A stretch of 64,000 bases of DNA from a virus. Its lineage: Duplodnaviria; Caudoviricetes. A program made the translations under genes and the position numbers. How positions within the stretch are numbered: the stretch's first letter is position 1; every line of letters starts with the position of its first letter. Where the stretch lies: positions 1,665 to 65,664 of the IMG/VR virus record IMGVR_UViG_3300037852_000136. The stretch is one strand, 5' to 3'. Below the pieces are notes generated by a model. It saw only the letters and a program-made list of their open reading frames with translations. It was not told the origin of the DNA and did no database searches. Shown here one piece after another: positions 1 through 9,921 of the stretch.

Positions 1-1530
1 GGAGCTAGCGACGGAGGAAATTTCCGCGTTCAACTTCCGAGACAATCGTTTGTCTCTGGCTCAAGCATAACCCTTAATGGCACGAGCCAATACGCATCAA
101 TCCCAACCTTGTTGGACACTGAAGGCAACACGACGGTTTCTATATGGGTCAATCCGCCAGCCTTGAACTCAAATGGAGCAGTACTCTGGACAAAGGTTAA
201 CGCAGCCACTGATTTCATGACTGTTTCGTTCACTGCGGCCGGAACCCTATCGTATAATTTGACTGTTGGAGGTACCGCGCTGATTTCTGCGGCTGTGAAT
301 GGTCACGGAAGTCACGTACTTCCGCTTAACAAGTGGTCTCATGTGGCATTCACTTATGGCAGCGGAGGGTTTCGTGCCTACGTTGACGCTGAAGCTGATT
401 TGAACCTTCCAGCGATTACAAGCGTGCCTGGTAATGGAACAACTGCATCGACGCGTATTGGCGCGAGCTCAGCGGCTGCAAATTTTGGCAATTTCACATT
501 TGATGAACACGCGGTGTTCAGCCGTCAGCTTGCTGATTGGGAGATCAAAGCCCTATTCGAGCGTCGCCCTGATACGCAAATCAAGGACGCATTTTCCAAG
601 TTGTCGGTATCGTCAAAATTAATAACAAACAGCACTGACATTATCCTTGAACCAACGATTGTCGCCCTAACGCCTGGTTCGGTGTACCACGCATTTGTTC
701 ATGACGGCGGTACTAATTTTACGGTCAACCGTCTGGCACATTTTACCTCCACAAACGGCACGACATTCACCTTGGCATCTGCTGATGTTCTATCGGGGGC
801 AACGGCATTATCTCCTACTATATGGTATGGAGGAACTTACGGCAGCCCCGCCGACGGGCTGTTTCACATGCTGGTTAACAACACAAGTTACACAGCCCCC
901 AGCAATTTGTCTCATTGGACATCGCCGGACGGCACGACTTGGACCAATAATGGAACCATTCTAACGAGCGGAGGTCAGTTCACCGCCTACACGAATTCCG
1001 CCATATATTATCCCCCGAGTGGGGGTGTTGTTCTTTTAAACGAATACTGGAATGCTGCCATAGCGCAGTATGTCTCAGGAATGTGGACAGGAACATCACT
1101 GACCAGCCTATCGTTTGTTGGAAACACATCAGGCATGGTCTACGGCGGAGGCCCTGATATTCACGCGCTTGGCAGCGGAAAGTATCTTGTCCTAAATCAT
1201 GGTTCTTTGATTGGGGCGACAAACGGCATTCCGACAGTGGGTCACGCCTCGATCACGACAGATTTCCTTAATTACATCGATGCTGGAATAACGCCCCAGA
1301 TACAGCTTTACGGTCCAACATTTGATCAAGGTGACCAAACTGCTGATCTTTTCGCAATAGAGAATTTCGACGGCGCAGGAACCTCTATTGTCTACTTCGC
1401 TGGATCTAACGACGGGTCAACAGGGGGAAATAGTGCCAGTGGATATACAATAAATGCCGGAATCTTTACCGGGACTCTCGCGCAGTTGTTTTCCGATAAT
1501 CTATCTTCGACGTTTGGGACCGAGCACTGA
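1..1530 (+). CDS. LamG/concanavalin-like lectin domain plus beta-propeller (glycoside-hydrolase-like) protein, 5' partial
   Basis: Frame is open from base 1; LNGTSQY..TVSIWV..NKWSHVAFTY..YVD..FDEHAVFSRQL LamG pattern; Asp-box-like TSTNGTTF and TSPDGTTW repeats. Confidence 0.75.
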   Translation, partial: GASDGGNFRVQLPRQSFVSGSSITLNGTSQYASIPTLLDTEGNTTVSIWVNPPALNSNGAVLWTKVNAATDFMTVSFTAAGTLSYNLTVGGTALISAAVNGHGSHVLPLNKWSHVAFTYGSGGFRAYVDAEADLNLPAITSVPGNGTTASTRIGASSAAANFGNFTFDEHAVFSRQLADWEIKALFERRPDTQIKDAFSKLSVSSKLITNSTDIILEPTIVALTPGSVYHAFVHDGGTNFTVNRLAHFTSTNGTTFTLASADVLSGATALSPTIWYGGTYGSPADGLFHMLVNNTSYTAPSNLSHWTSPDGTTWTNNGTILTSGGQFTAYTNSAIYYPPSGGVVLLNEYWNAAIAQYVSGMWTGTSLTSLSFVGNTSGMVYGGGPDIHALGSGKYLVLNHGSLIGATNGIPTVGHASITTDFLNYIDAGITPQIQLYGPTFDQGDQTADLFAIENFDGAGTSIVYFAGSNDGSTGGNSASGYTINAGIFTGTLAQLFSDNLSSTFGTEH

Positions 1531-1751
1531 TGACCCGCGTCATCCTCATAACTCTCTTGCTCTCATTTCCGGCCCAAGCAGCCGACAAGATGCTGATTCT
1601 CAACGATCAAGAGCAGGCGGCCCTGCGAGCCATTCTCGATACCGCGATCCACGCCCAAGGACTTACCGCCGTCAGCCGCAACGCCTTCGTGTTTTCCGAC
1701 AAGCTGGATGCCGCCGGGCCGCCGCCACCTCCAAAGGAGCCTCCGCAATGA
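1530..1751 (+). CDS. Small exported protein with signal peptide
   Basis: MTRVILITLLLSFPAQA|AD; start overlaps the upstream stop. Confidence 0.7.
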   Translation: MTRVILITLLLSFPAQAADKMLILNDQEQAALRAILDTAIHAQGLTAVSRNAFVFSDKLDAAGPPPPPKEPPQ

Positions 1752-3166
1752 AACGCCTCCTCGCCCCGCTCTTAGCGGGGTTCGCGCTCCTCATTCCGCT
1801 CTTACCGGCCCCACAAGCTGCCGCCGTTGAAGCGCAACTATACTGCTACCAAGGGCCGACCAATCCGCAGTGGGCGCCTTGCAGTTCGACCAACCAGCTT
1901 CAGGTTAGCGCTTCGGTTTCGGCGTCAATCACCGGCTTCCCCGGCACGACGCAAACGACCGGCACCCCGATCGCGGTTACGACCGGCGGGGTTACCGGGA
2001 CACTTCCGGCCGGCACCGTGGTGGTGGCTTCGAATGTGGGCGCTACCAACGGCGCGTACTGCAAGCTCGGCGCGTCTGCCACCACTTCGGACCAGCTGAT
2101 CCCGCCCAATTCGTGGTTTGGCTTCACGGTCGGAACCAACACCCAGCTTACTTGCATCACCTCGACCTCGACCACCACCGTGAACATGGTGGGCGGAGCC
2201 GGACTTCCGACCGGATCTGGTGGCGGGGGAGGCGGGTCGGGAGGAGGCGTCGTCACCCAGCCGACAGCCTCCTTGCTCAACGCCACCGTGGTGGGAACCG
2301 GGACGTTCCCTACCCAGCTCACCGGCGCGACCAACAATATTAATAACATCGCCGGGACGATCTCGCTCCCAACGGGCGCAGCCACGTCGGCCCTGCAGAC
2401 GACCGGCAATACGACGCTCACGACGATCAACACCACGCTTGGCTCCCCGTTTCAGGCGGGTGGCAATATCGGTAATATCACGGGCACGATCACGCTCCCG
2501 ACTGGGGCGGCGACTTCGGCCAATCAATCGACAGAAATTACTTCGCTAGCCACGATTGCAACTAACACCGGCGCGGCTATTCCATCGCAGTCGCCGGCGG
2601 TTCCGATTGGCGGCATCGGTGTTTGCGATGGAGCGAACGGAGCCACCAACCCGTGTACCACGGCGATGACGGTTAAAGCCGTTTCTACGGCTCCTGTAAC
2701 AGCAACGGATAAAGCTGCGGTCACCGTGCTTCGACCGGATAGCCCTGGCATCATTACGCTTGGACCGGCAGCAGATACGAGCGCGGTGCCTGAGGTTCTT
2801 ACACCGACTGCAAATTCAAACTCTACATTGAGCCATGCCAGCACGACGGCGCTAGGGACATCTTTGGTCGCCAAGGCGTCAGCCGGCAATCTCTACGGTT
2901 TTAATTGCGCGGCAATTGCCGGCGCCAGTGGCGGTAATTGCATCGCCTATAACGGCACAACGGTCCCAGGAACCGGAGCGTTGACTGGCGCAAACGTGCT
3001 CGACTTTTGCACGTTCGATACCGGCTCTAAAGGTTGTTCTCTCTCGCGTATCCCGCTCCCGGTTAACTATGGAACCGGCATTGTGATTCTGATCAGCAGT
3101 GCTGCATCTCCATACACCTACACGACCGGCACTGACACCGGAGCTATCAGCGTGGATTACAAGTGA
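1748..3166 (+). CDS. Thr/Gly-rich fibre-like protein with signal peptide and 10 Cys
   Basis: ATG at 1748 (ATGA overlap); MKRLLAPLLAGFALLIPLLPAPQAAA; duplicated NIxGTIxLPTGAATSA; poly-Gly linker. Confidence 0.8.
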   Translation: MKRLLAPLLAGFALLIPLLPAPQAAAVEAQLYCYQGPTNPQWAPCSSTNQLQVSASVSASITGFPGTTQTTGTPIAVTTGGVTGTLPAGTVVVASNVGATNGAYCKLGASATTSDQLIPPNSWFGFTVGTNTQLTCITSTSTTTVNMVGGAGLPTGSGGGGGGSGGGVVTQPTASLLNATVVGTGTFPTQLTGATNNINNIAGTISLPTGAATSALQTTGNTTLTTINTTLGSPFQAGGNIGNITGTITLPTGAATSANQSTEITSLATIATNTGAAIPSQSPAVPIGGIGVCDGANGATNPCTTAMTVKAVSTAPVTATDKAAVTVLRPDSPGIITLGPAADTSAVPEVLTPTANSNSTLSHASTTALGTSLVAKASAGNLYGFNCAAIAGASGGNCIAYNGTTVPGTGALTGANVLDFCTFDTGSKGCSLSRIPLPVNYGTGIVILISSAASPYTYTTGTDTGAISVDYK

Positions 3167-3420
3167 TGCGCATCATCATAGCGTTTTTAACTGGCCTTTT
3201 GCTATCAGCCGCAGTGGCACAGAACGTCCAGTCGCCATCAACAAGCAACACCGTGCCCAAGACAGTCGTAGGCAGCCTGCCGGTATGTGCGGCCGGAACT
3301 GAAGGGCTGATGTACGGCGTGACTGACGCTCTTACGCCGGTTGCTCTTTCTGCCGTGACTGGCGGCGGAGCCATCCACGCTCTTGTGTACTGCAATGGAA
3401 CTTCCTGGATCGTCGGATGA
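3166..3420 (+). CDS. Small exported fibre-associated protein
   Basis: MRIIIAFLTGLLLSAAVA|Q; VGSLPVC..VTDA..YCNGTSW motif of the kind seen in phage fibre modules. Confidence 0.75.
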   Translation: MRIIIAFLTGLLLSAAVAQNVQSPSTSNTVPKTVVGSLPVCAAGTEGLMYGVTDALTPVALSAVTGGGAIHALVYCNGTSWIVG

Positions 3421-4301
3421 CCAAACGCATCGCCACTTTCTTCCTGCTGCTTTATGCGGCTTTCTTTTGCTTTCAGCAGCAAGGGCGAAGCGCGGGGTGG
3501 TTGCCGCTTGCCGCGTCTCCAACGGGAGGGTGTTCGCAGGCGACGACATTTCTTGCTCGTACATCTGGTCTAAGCGGCACACAATCAACCGCCTATACGA
3601 CTATGATCTGCGGTATGGTAACGGACGGCACCTACTGCGGAACAGTGCAGGATGGTTTTTATATTTTTGCCACTAATACGACAACGACAGCGAACCTTAA
3701 TCTTTGCTCGACTAGCTTCGGTTTGACTGCGACTGGATCACCAACTTTTACCGCAAACCAGGGATATACCGGAACAGGCGCGACAACCGACTATTTATCT
3801 ACCGGCTTCGTTCCGAGGACAGCCGGCGGGAATATGGTCCTTAATTCAACTTCCTTATCTGTTTGTGTTTTTACCAGTCGAACGACTAACAATAACTATG
3901 TTGAGGTTGGAGTCGGCGGTTCCGGTGGTGATTTTACTTATATAAAGCCTGAGGCTGGAAATTTCGAATCGGACATAAACAACGGAGCCTTTCCAACGGG
4001 CACAAACGCAAATGCGCAGGGTAATTGGATAATATCTAGAACCGGGTCAGCAAATTACGCAGTTTACAACAATGGCGTTGCGACATCATTTTCTCCGCGG
4101 ACCTCTACTTCTGATCAATTGCCAGATGTCGCGGGAATAGACATTCTTGTTTTGAATAATAATAATAGCATCCAATCGGCGACAGCAGATCAGCTTGGCG
4201 CTGTGTGGTTTGGTGCGGGAGTTGGTGCCACGCCAGCCGCAAATATCTCAACTCGTATTAGAGCCTATTTTGCGGCGGTGGGAGCACCAAGTGGTTGCTA
4301 G
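3417..4301 (+). CDS. Lectin-like (concanavalin-type beta-sandwich) virion-type protein with N-terminal signal/anchor
   Basis: Hydrophobic N-terminus; FTANQGYTG..DYLSTGF..ISRT..YNNG pattern; 6 mature Cys. Confidence 0.65.
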   Translation: MTKRIATFFLLLYAAFFCFQQQGRSAGWLPLAASPTGGCSQATTFLARTSGLSGTQSTAYTTMICGMVTDGTYCGTVQDGFYIFATNTTTTANLNLCSTSFGLTATGSPTFTANQGYTGTGATTDYLSTGFVPRTAGGNMVLNSTSLSVCVFTSRTTNNNYVEVGVGGSGGDFTYIKPEAGNFESDINNGAFPTGTNANAQGNWIISRTGSANYAVYNNGVATSFSPRTSTSDQLPDVAGIDILVLNNNNSIQSATADQLGAVWFGAGVGATPAANISTRIRAYFAAVGAPSGC

Positions 4302-7300
4302 GATCGCGCTAGCTCTTTGGATTTTCTGTTCGCCCGCATTTGCATGGACGCACGGCTCGTCAACTGCGAACACGGCACCAATCGGCTTCGGCCTCGGCGG
4401 CCTGACGATCAACGTCGACCAGCCGTTCCTCAACCTGATGCACGCAGGACAGTATTGGGGCGCCACCAGCGGCTCGATCGCCATTACGGGCGTTGGGGCC
4501 GGCGCGGTCGATGCCGCTAGCGGCACCGGAAGCGTGACGGGGACGGCGCTTACGATAACGACGGTTTCTACTGGCACGTATCGCAAGAACCAGACGGTGA
4601 CCGGAACCGGCATCACGGGAAGTTCTGTCATCACCTCCGGCGGTGATTGCAGCCACGGCAATGAGCCGTGCTCATTTACGCTCAGCCAGTCTTCGTCAGC
4701 GACGGGCTCGATCGCTGTAGCCGGCAGCGGACATCTCGTCCGCATCAGCCTTGCATCCAACGCACCTGTTGTGGAAGCGACGGTCACGGCTTCGATCTCG
4801 ACCGATCCCGAGCTGGGAAACCTCACGACCGCGACCGGAGTGACCGTCAGCGGCAACGTGATGACGGTGCCGAACACAAACATCATGGGCACGTTCGCGA
4901 CCACGAGCGGGACCACTTGTGGCGCCAATGGCTGCATCGTGACGGGCGCTGGGTTCCCGGCGAACACCGTGATCAACACGGACGGGTCGACTACCAACAC
5001 CGCCTGCGGTGGAGTGCAGTGCACGGGCAACAGAGTTGATCGTAGCGGCACGTTCGCGCTCAACAACTCGTTCACGGTCGCCTCAGGTGTGACCGTCACG
5101 GCGTCCAACACATTGACGCCAGTATTGCATGTCACAGCCGTCAGCAGCGGGCACATTCAGCAGGGTGCCTACGTCTCCGCGCCGGCAACGAACGGCACAA
5201 CGATCAATATTTCATACACGGCGCTGACCGGCACGACTGGGAACTACAGCCTATGTGACGCTTTTACGTGCGGAACCCCGGCCGCCCAGACGCAATCCTC
5301 ACAGACGTTCTTGATCAGCAGCATTCGCCCGAACGTATCAGGCGTGACGGGGCCGACGGAGGCCAACGGCTGCGGCTCCATCATCCCGGTTAACGACGGC
5401 GCGAGCTTCGACTGTGTTGGACTTGATTATTCCGGCACGACGTGGGGCGGCGCGGGGTCGATCTCGATCAGGTACGGCGAGTACAATTACGCTTTCAACC
5501 TCGATGCCAACGGCTATCCGCAATCGATGACCGGCAGCGGCATGGCCGCCGGCATCACTATGACGGAGTACGATCTAGGTAGTCTAAACCCATCAAGCGG
5601 GATCAACTCCAACGGCTACGACAACACGACGCAGACGGGGCCGTTCTATTCGGCCGGAAATTATCTCGTCCAGTACACAGGAGGCAGCGGAGGATGCGGC
5701 GGGACCGTCACCTATGGTGGCGATGCGGCGTGCTCGTCTACCGTCAGTCAAGGCACCGATGTAATAAACGTCGCGACGGCAACTGGTAGCGGCATCAGCG
5801 TTCAGATCAACAACATCACCGGCGGCTACGTCCACGGCATGTCGATGGTTTACTGTGGGACATATTCCGCAACGGCTTATTTACCATCGCATTGCAGCAC
5901 CGGCTACGACACGCTTCTGGCCAATGGGGAGAACTTCAACCCTGTCTTCGTCGCCAAGCTCAAGGCGGGCGGCACAACCCGTTTCATGGACTGGCTGCAG
6001 GCCAACAACACCGCGCAGGTTAATTTCACTCAGCGGCCGACGCTGACGCAGCTATTCTGGCACGGCATCTGGAGCGTTAATCAGACCGACCCGATGCCAA
6101 ACGGCACGCCAATCGAGGCGATGATTCAGCTTGCAAACGAAGCCGGTATGGACCCTTGGTTTAACATGCCGCTGCTGGCGACTGACGCTTACGTTACTTC
6201 GTTTGCCAACCTCGTGCACAGCAACTTGAACTCAAATCTTCGTGCCTATGTCGAGTGGGACAATGAAATTTGGAACGTCTGTAACGGTGCGAACCCGACG
6301 TACCGTCCTGGACTAGCTACCTCGATCGCGGCATTTCCGAACGCCGCGAACGTGTGCGGCGGATTTCGGGAGTATTTTGAATCATTGCGCGCAACGCAGG
6401 CGCGCTCACTGTGGAAAACTGCATGGGGCGCGGATGCTAACCGCGTCTTCGGCGTCATGGCAGGGCAGGGCGGCGGCGACGGCATCTGTTCGTTTGGGCC
6501 ACTGAATTGCGTGCTATTGCAGCTCGCGCCTGGGGCCGATGGAAGTAATATCGCGACGCAGTGGACCGCTTACGGACTGCGCACGGATAGCGGCTCCTCT
6601 ACCTCGGCCTCGATCACCGGCACGGTGATGACGGCGGGCGGCACTACCAGTGGCTTCAAGGTCGGGCAGTTTCTTACCGGCAACAACGTCACATCTCCCA
6701 CCACGATCGCCTTCGACGCTAACAACACAACTCCGACTTCGTGTGGTGGGTCGCCATGCACGGGGAATACCGGCAACGGCACCTACGGGCTCACGGCGTC
6801 TTCGACCGCTTCGGCTACGAGCATAACAGGGGTAGCTGGAGCCTCAACCAACATCGACATATTCGCGGTTGGGAAGTACCTGCAGCCGTGCGGACCAGTC
6901 AGCAGCTACGACGGCTTTACGAACGATCAGTATTTTACTCAGATGAACACCGGCGGCCTTGGATGCACCGGTGGATCGCTTGCGACGACGGTGGCCGAGG
7001 GGCAGCTTGACTACAATACGGTTCACGCCTTTGGCCTTCCGATTGTCGCTTATGAAATCGGGCAGCAGTTTATCGCTGGTGGCGACACGTCAGCCGCACA
7101 GGTGTTCGCCAACGGCACGCGCGACGCTCGCATGGGGACGACATTTCAAAGCCTGTTCGGTCAGCTTAAGAGCATTGGCTTTGACGTGATGAATTACTAC
7201 GTGCTGACGGGCCAAGCCACGCACTTCGGGGACTTCATCGGGCTCGAGAACATCAACCAGACGACTACGCCGACTTATGGTGGGATTTTGACTTTTAATG

Positions 7301-7362
7301 CCGCGAATCCATGCTGGTGGGGATCGCAGGCGCCGTGGGCGAGCGCGGGAGGATGTCGGTAA
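4291..7362 (+). CDS. Large exported tail-fibre/tailspike-like protein with C-terminal glycoside-hydrolase-like TIM barrel
   Basis: GTG 4291 after GGAG; MVARIALALWIFCSPAFA|W; RFMDW..PIEAMIQLANE..DPWFNMP..YVEWDNEIWN..AYEIGQ clan-A-like motifs; Thr/Gly beta repeats; many Cys. Confidence 0.78.
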   Translation: MVARIALALWIFCSPAFAWTHGSSTANTAPIGFGLGGLTINVDQPFLNLMHAGQYWGATSGSIAITGVGAGAVDAASGTGSVTGTALTITTVSTGTYRKNQTVTGTGITGSSVITSGGDCSHGNEPCSFTLSQSSSATGSIAVAGSGHLVRISLASNAPVVEATVTASISTDPELGNLTTATGVTVSGNVMTVPNTNIMGTFATTSGTTCGANGCIVTGAGFPANTVINTDGSTTNTACGGVQCTGNRVDRSGTFALNNSFTVASGVTVTASNTLTPVLHVTAVSSGHIQQGAYVSAPATNGTTINISYTALTGTTGNYSLCDAFTCGTPAAQTQSSQTFLISSIRPNVSGVTGPTEANGCGSIIPVNDGASFDCVGLDYSGTTWGGAGSISIRYGEYNYAFNLDANGYPQSMTGSGMAAGITMTEYDLGSLNPSSGINSNGYDNTTQTGPFYSAGNYLVQYTGGSGGCGGTVTYGGDAACSSTVSQGTDVINVATATGSGISVQINNITGGYVHGMSMVYCGTYSATAYLPSHCSTGYDTLLANGENFNPVFVAKLKAGGTTRFMDWLQANNTAQVNFTQRPTLTQLFWHGIWSVNQTDPMPNGTPIEAMIQLANEAGMDPWFNMPLLATDAYVTSFANLVHSNLNSNLRAYVEWDNEIWNVCNGANPTYRPGLATSIAAFPNAANVCGGFREYFESLRATQARSLWKTAWGADANRVFGVMAGQGGGDGICSFGPLNCVLLQLAPGADGSNIATQWTAYGLRTDSGSSTSASITGTVMTAGGTTSGFKVGQFLTGNNVTSPTTIAFDANNTTPTSCGGSPCTGNTGNGTYGLTASSTASATSITGVAGASTNIDIFAVGKYLQPCGPVSSYDGFTNDQYFTQMNTGGLGCTGGSLATTVAEGQLDYNTVHAFGLPIVAYEIGQQFIAGGDTSAAQVFANGTRDARMGTTFQSLFGQLKSIGFDVMNYYVLTGQATHFGDFIGLENINQTTTPTYGGILTFNAANPCWWGSQAPWASAGGCR

Positions 7363-7851
7363 ATGGGTGCGGTACTTCAAAGCGGTGCAGCAACTCCCGG
7401 CCACGCGGCCAAGTGGGTGACCGATGGCGTGATCGCGGATGCTGGCGGTATGCCGGCCGCCCAGCGTGTCCTCGCGAGCTTGCGCGGTGCCAATTTCAAC
7501 ACCACGAACGATCAGCCGATCGCCATCCCGCTCAACTTTACGGCGTTCCAGCTCAACTCGATCATCATCACGAACGCCTCCATTAGCCTGACGGCCGCCG
7601 TGGGAGGGTTCTACCCGCTGGCTGCTAAGGCGGGAACCCCGATTGTGGCGGCTTCGCAGGCGTATTCAGCACTTACCGGCATAAACTCGCTAATGACCGC
7701 CACGCTGGCAGCATTCGGTTCCGGCACCCGGTTCTCGTCAGCCAATCTCGGTAGCATCGGGGGGCTATTGGCAGTGTGGTTTTCATTAACGACCCCGCAG
7801 GGCGTTGCTGCGACTGCAGATATATACCTCATCGGTACGGACCTCTCATGA
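7363..7851 (+). CDS. Virion structural protein (no signal peptide, no Cys)
   Basis: N-terminal QSGAATPGHAAKWVTDGVIADAG motif shared with the next gene. Confidence 0.7.
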   Translation: MGAVLQSGAATPGHAAKWVTDGVIADAGGMPAAQRVLASLRGANFNTTNDQPIAIPLNFTAFQLNSIIITNASISLTAAVGGFYPLAAKAGTPIVAASQAYSALTGINSLMTATLAAFGSGTRFSSANLGSIGGLLAVWFSLTTPQGVAATADIYLIGTDLS

Positions 7852-9875
7852 AAAAAGTTATTGTCCTTGTTCTGCTGCTTTATCCCGCGGTCGCGGGAGG
7901 GCAGCCGGTGCAGCAAAGCGGAAATGTCACGCCTGGACACGTCCCCGTTTGGATCACCAATGGTGTTGTGGGTGACGGGGGCACAGCTGCGCAAGGCGCG
8001 CTGTCTAGCCTCGGCATCACGGCTTCGGGTCCAAGCTTCTGCATCAACAGCGACCTTACGTCCGCCGCCGGCTGGCAGCAGTTTTGTTTTGGCGTAACGA
8101 CCGCGGGCGGTGGTACGATCAGCGTTAAAAATTTCGGGACAGCTCCTGCCGAGCCGCTAAATATCACCGTTAACGGAACAAACTACAATTTCCCATTCGT
8201 AGCTTCAGGAATTATCGGACCAAATAGTACGACAGTAGGTGATTTGGCACTATGGAATAATACCTCCGGCACGCTACTAAAAGACGCCGCCATGTCGGGC
8301 GATGTCACGATGAACGGCAGCGGCGTCACTTCTCTTGCTTCTGTCGTGACCGCGGGTGGCCCCACCGGCTCCGCTACGACCACGCCCATCATCACGTATG
8401 ACGCTAAGGGGCGCCTCACTTTAGTGTCGGTGGCCACGATCGCACCGCCGTGGTCTGCGATCACTGGGACGCCGACAACTCTGGCAGGCTATGGAATCAC
8501 TTCTCCGCTGCCATATGCACAGGGCGGGTGCAACGCCACCACGCAAGCTGGATGCACCAACAACCTGTTTCCGACTCCCACTCGTGCTGGTGATATACCT
8601 TACTGGAACGGAACGACGTGGTTGTCGGTCGCGGGAAATAACAGCGGCAACGCCTGCCTGCAAGAAACTTCAGTCGGCGCCCCGAGCTGGACCCCGTGCA
8701 ACTTCACGGCCGGTGCCACCATCTACAACGTGGTTGCGGCCTACGGAGCCAAGAGGAACTATCTGGTTCTTCTAGACGGAGCAATGTCCGGCGCGTCAAC
8801 GACGCTGACCAGTGCTTCTGCGCATTTTGCCAGTGGGGATGTCGGTAAGTACATTGCGGTTGCAGGAGCGGGAGCCGGCGGTATTACGCTCTATACAACC
8901 ATCGCTACTTTCGTAAACTTGACAACGATCACGCTTACCAGCGGGAATATTTCTGGCGGAGCCATTTCCGGCAAGATCGTAGAGTACGGCAACGATGATG
9001 CCCCTGAGTTTCAAACCGCGTGGAATGCGTGCGTGACAGGAGGCGGCGGCACTGTTTATGTTCCGGTCGGGTCCTACTTTGTTTCGCAGTTGAATATGGC
9101 TAACACGCAAGTTTCTTGTGTCCTTAAGGGTGAAGGGCCGCAATCAACCAGAATATTCCCACTTGAAATTGGCGCTTACGGAACGGCGAACGGTCACGTT
9201 TTCGATATGACGGGATCGGCGTTCATCGGGCTGACCAACTTCCAGTTCGGTGCCTACTACACGCTCGCAGTGCCAACCACCGGCATAGCGATGATGCAAG
9301 TTGCAAGCAACGTGTCAAATCGCATGTCGATAAATCATGTCTATTTCAGCGGGCAATATTCCGGCACGACGTTTTACGATTACGGAGTGCCGTCGCTCTA
9401 TACGATTTCCGACTCCGACTTTTACAACTACTTTCCGGGAGCCGGTACTCACAATGCTTTATACCTCACGAGCACCAATATATTGAGCTACACATCATCT
9501 TTTGCAACCGTCACTAGTGGCACGATTTCGACTTCTGACATTCTGTTTTCTGGCGATGAATTTCATAAATTCGCGGGTACTGGGGCGGATAATTCGGTGG
9601 TCCTTCTTGACGGTGTTGGAAACGTCCATTTTCTGAGCGGGGTCATATCCGGTGGAGCGACTACATATGTCTGGCTCAACGGTACGAACGGCACCCTTGG
9701 GTTCCTCAACGTGACGATGGAAACGGAGGGCCAGCCAGTCGAGCCGACGTATGAATACTACAGTAACTCAGCTACGTGGTCTCAATTGTCAGACCCGCTT
9801 ACGACTGCTATCGTTACGACCTCGAAATACAACGTAGCTGTTACGACCAATACGGAGACCTTTTCCAACCACTAA
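7848..9875 (+). CDS. Tailspike-like protein with pectate-lyase-3-type beta-helix and signal peptide
   Basis: MKKVIVLVLLLYPAVAGG|Q; fibre motifs ITYDAKGRLT and TPTTLAGYGIT; NVVAAYGAK..NDDAPEFQTA..GGTVYVPVGSY..LKGEG beta-helix entry. Confidence 0.8.
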   Translation: MKKVIVLVLLLYPAVAGGQPVQQSGNVTPGHVPVWITNGVVGDGGTAAQGALSSLGITASGPSFCINSDLTSAAGWQQFCFGVTTAGGGTISVKNFGTAPAEPLNITVNGTNYNFPFVASGIIGPNSTTVGDLALWNNTSGTLLKDAAMSGDVTMNGSGVTSLASVVTAGGPTGSATTTPIITYDAKGRLTLVSVATIAPPWSAITGTPTTLAGYGITSPLPYAQGGCNATTQAGCTNNLFPTPTRAGDIPYWNGTTWLSVAGNNSGNACLQETSVGAPSWTPCNFTAGATIYNVVAAYGAKRNYLVLLDGAMSGASTTLTSASAHFASGDVGKYIAVAGAGAGGITLYTTIATFVNLTTITLTSGNISGGAISGKIVEYGNDDAPEFQTAWNACVTGGGGTVYVPVGSYFVSQLNMANTQVSCVLKGEGPQSTRIFPLEIGAYGTANGHVFDMTGSAFIGLTNFQFGAYYTLAVPTTGIAMMQVASNVSNRMSINHVYFSGQYSGTTFYDYGVPSLYTISDSDFYNYFPGAGTHNALYLTSTNILSYTSSFATVTSGTISTSDILFSGDEFHKFAGTGADNSVVLLDGVGNVHFLSGVISGGATTYVWLNGTNGTLGFLNVTMETEGQPVEPTYEYYSNSATWSQLSDPLTTAIVTTSKYNVAVTTNTETFSNH

Positions 9876-9921
9876 AACTGCCAGTTGCGGCGGTAAAGAA
9901 ACAGGCGTAAAGTCCCCGCCC

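Noticed and set aside
1454-1747. Upstream extensions of ORF-track calls (also 4195, 7776, 21138, 25738, 31357, 52626, 63296)
   Set aside because: They overlap real upstream genes; downstream starts have SD sequences or coupled stops and expose the signal peptides or domain starts
1-9875. Diversity-generating retroelement acting on fibre genes
   Set aside because: No reverse transcriptase and no adenine-specific TR/VR repeat pair seen
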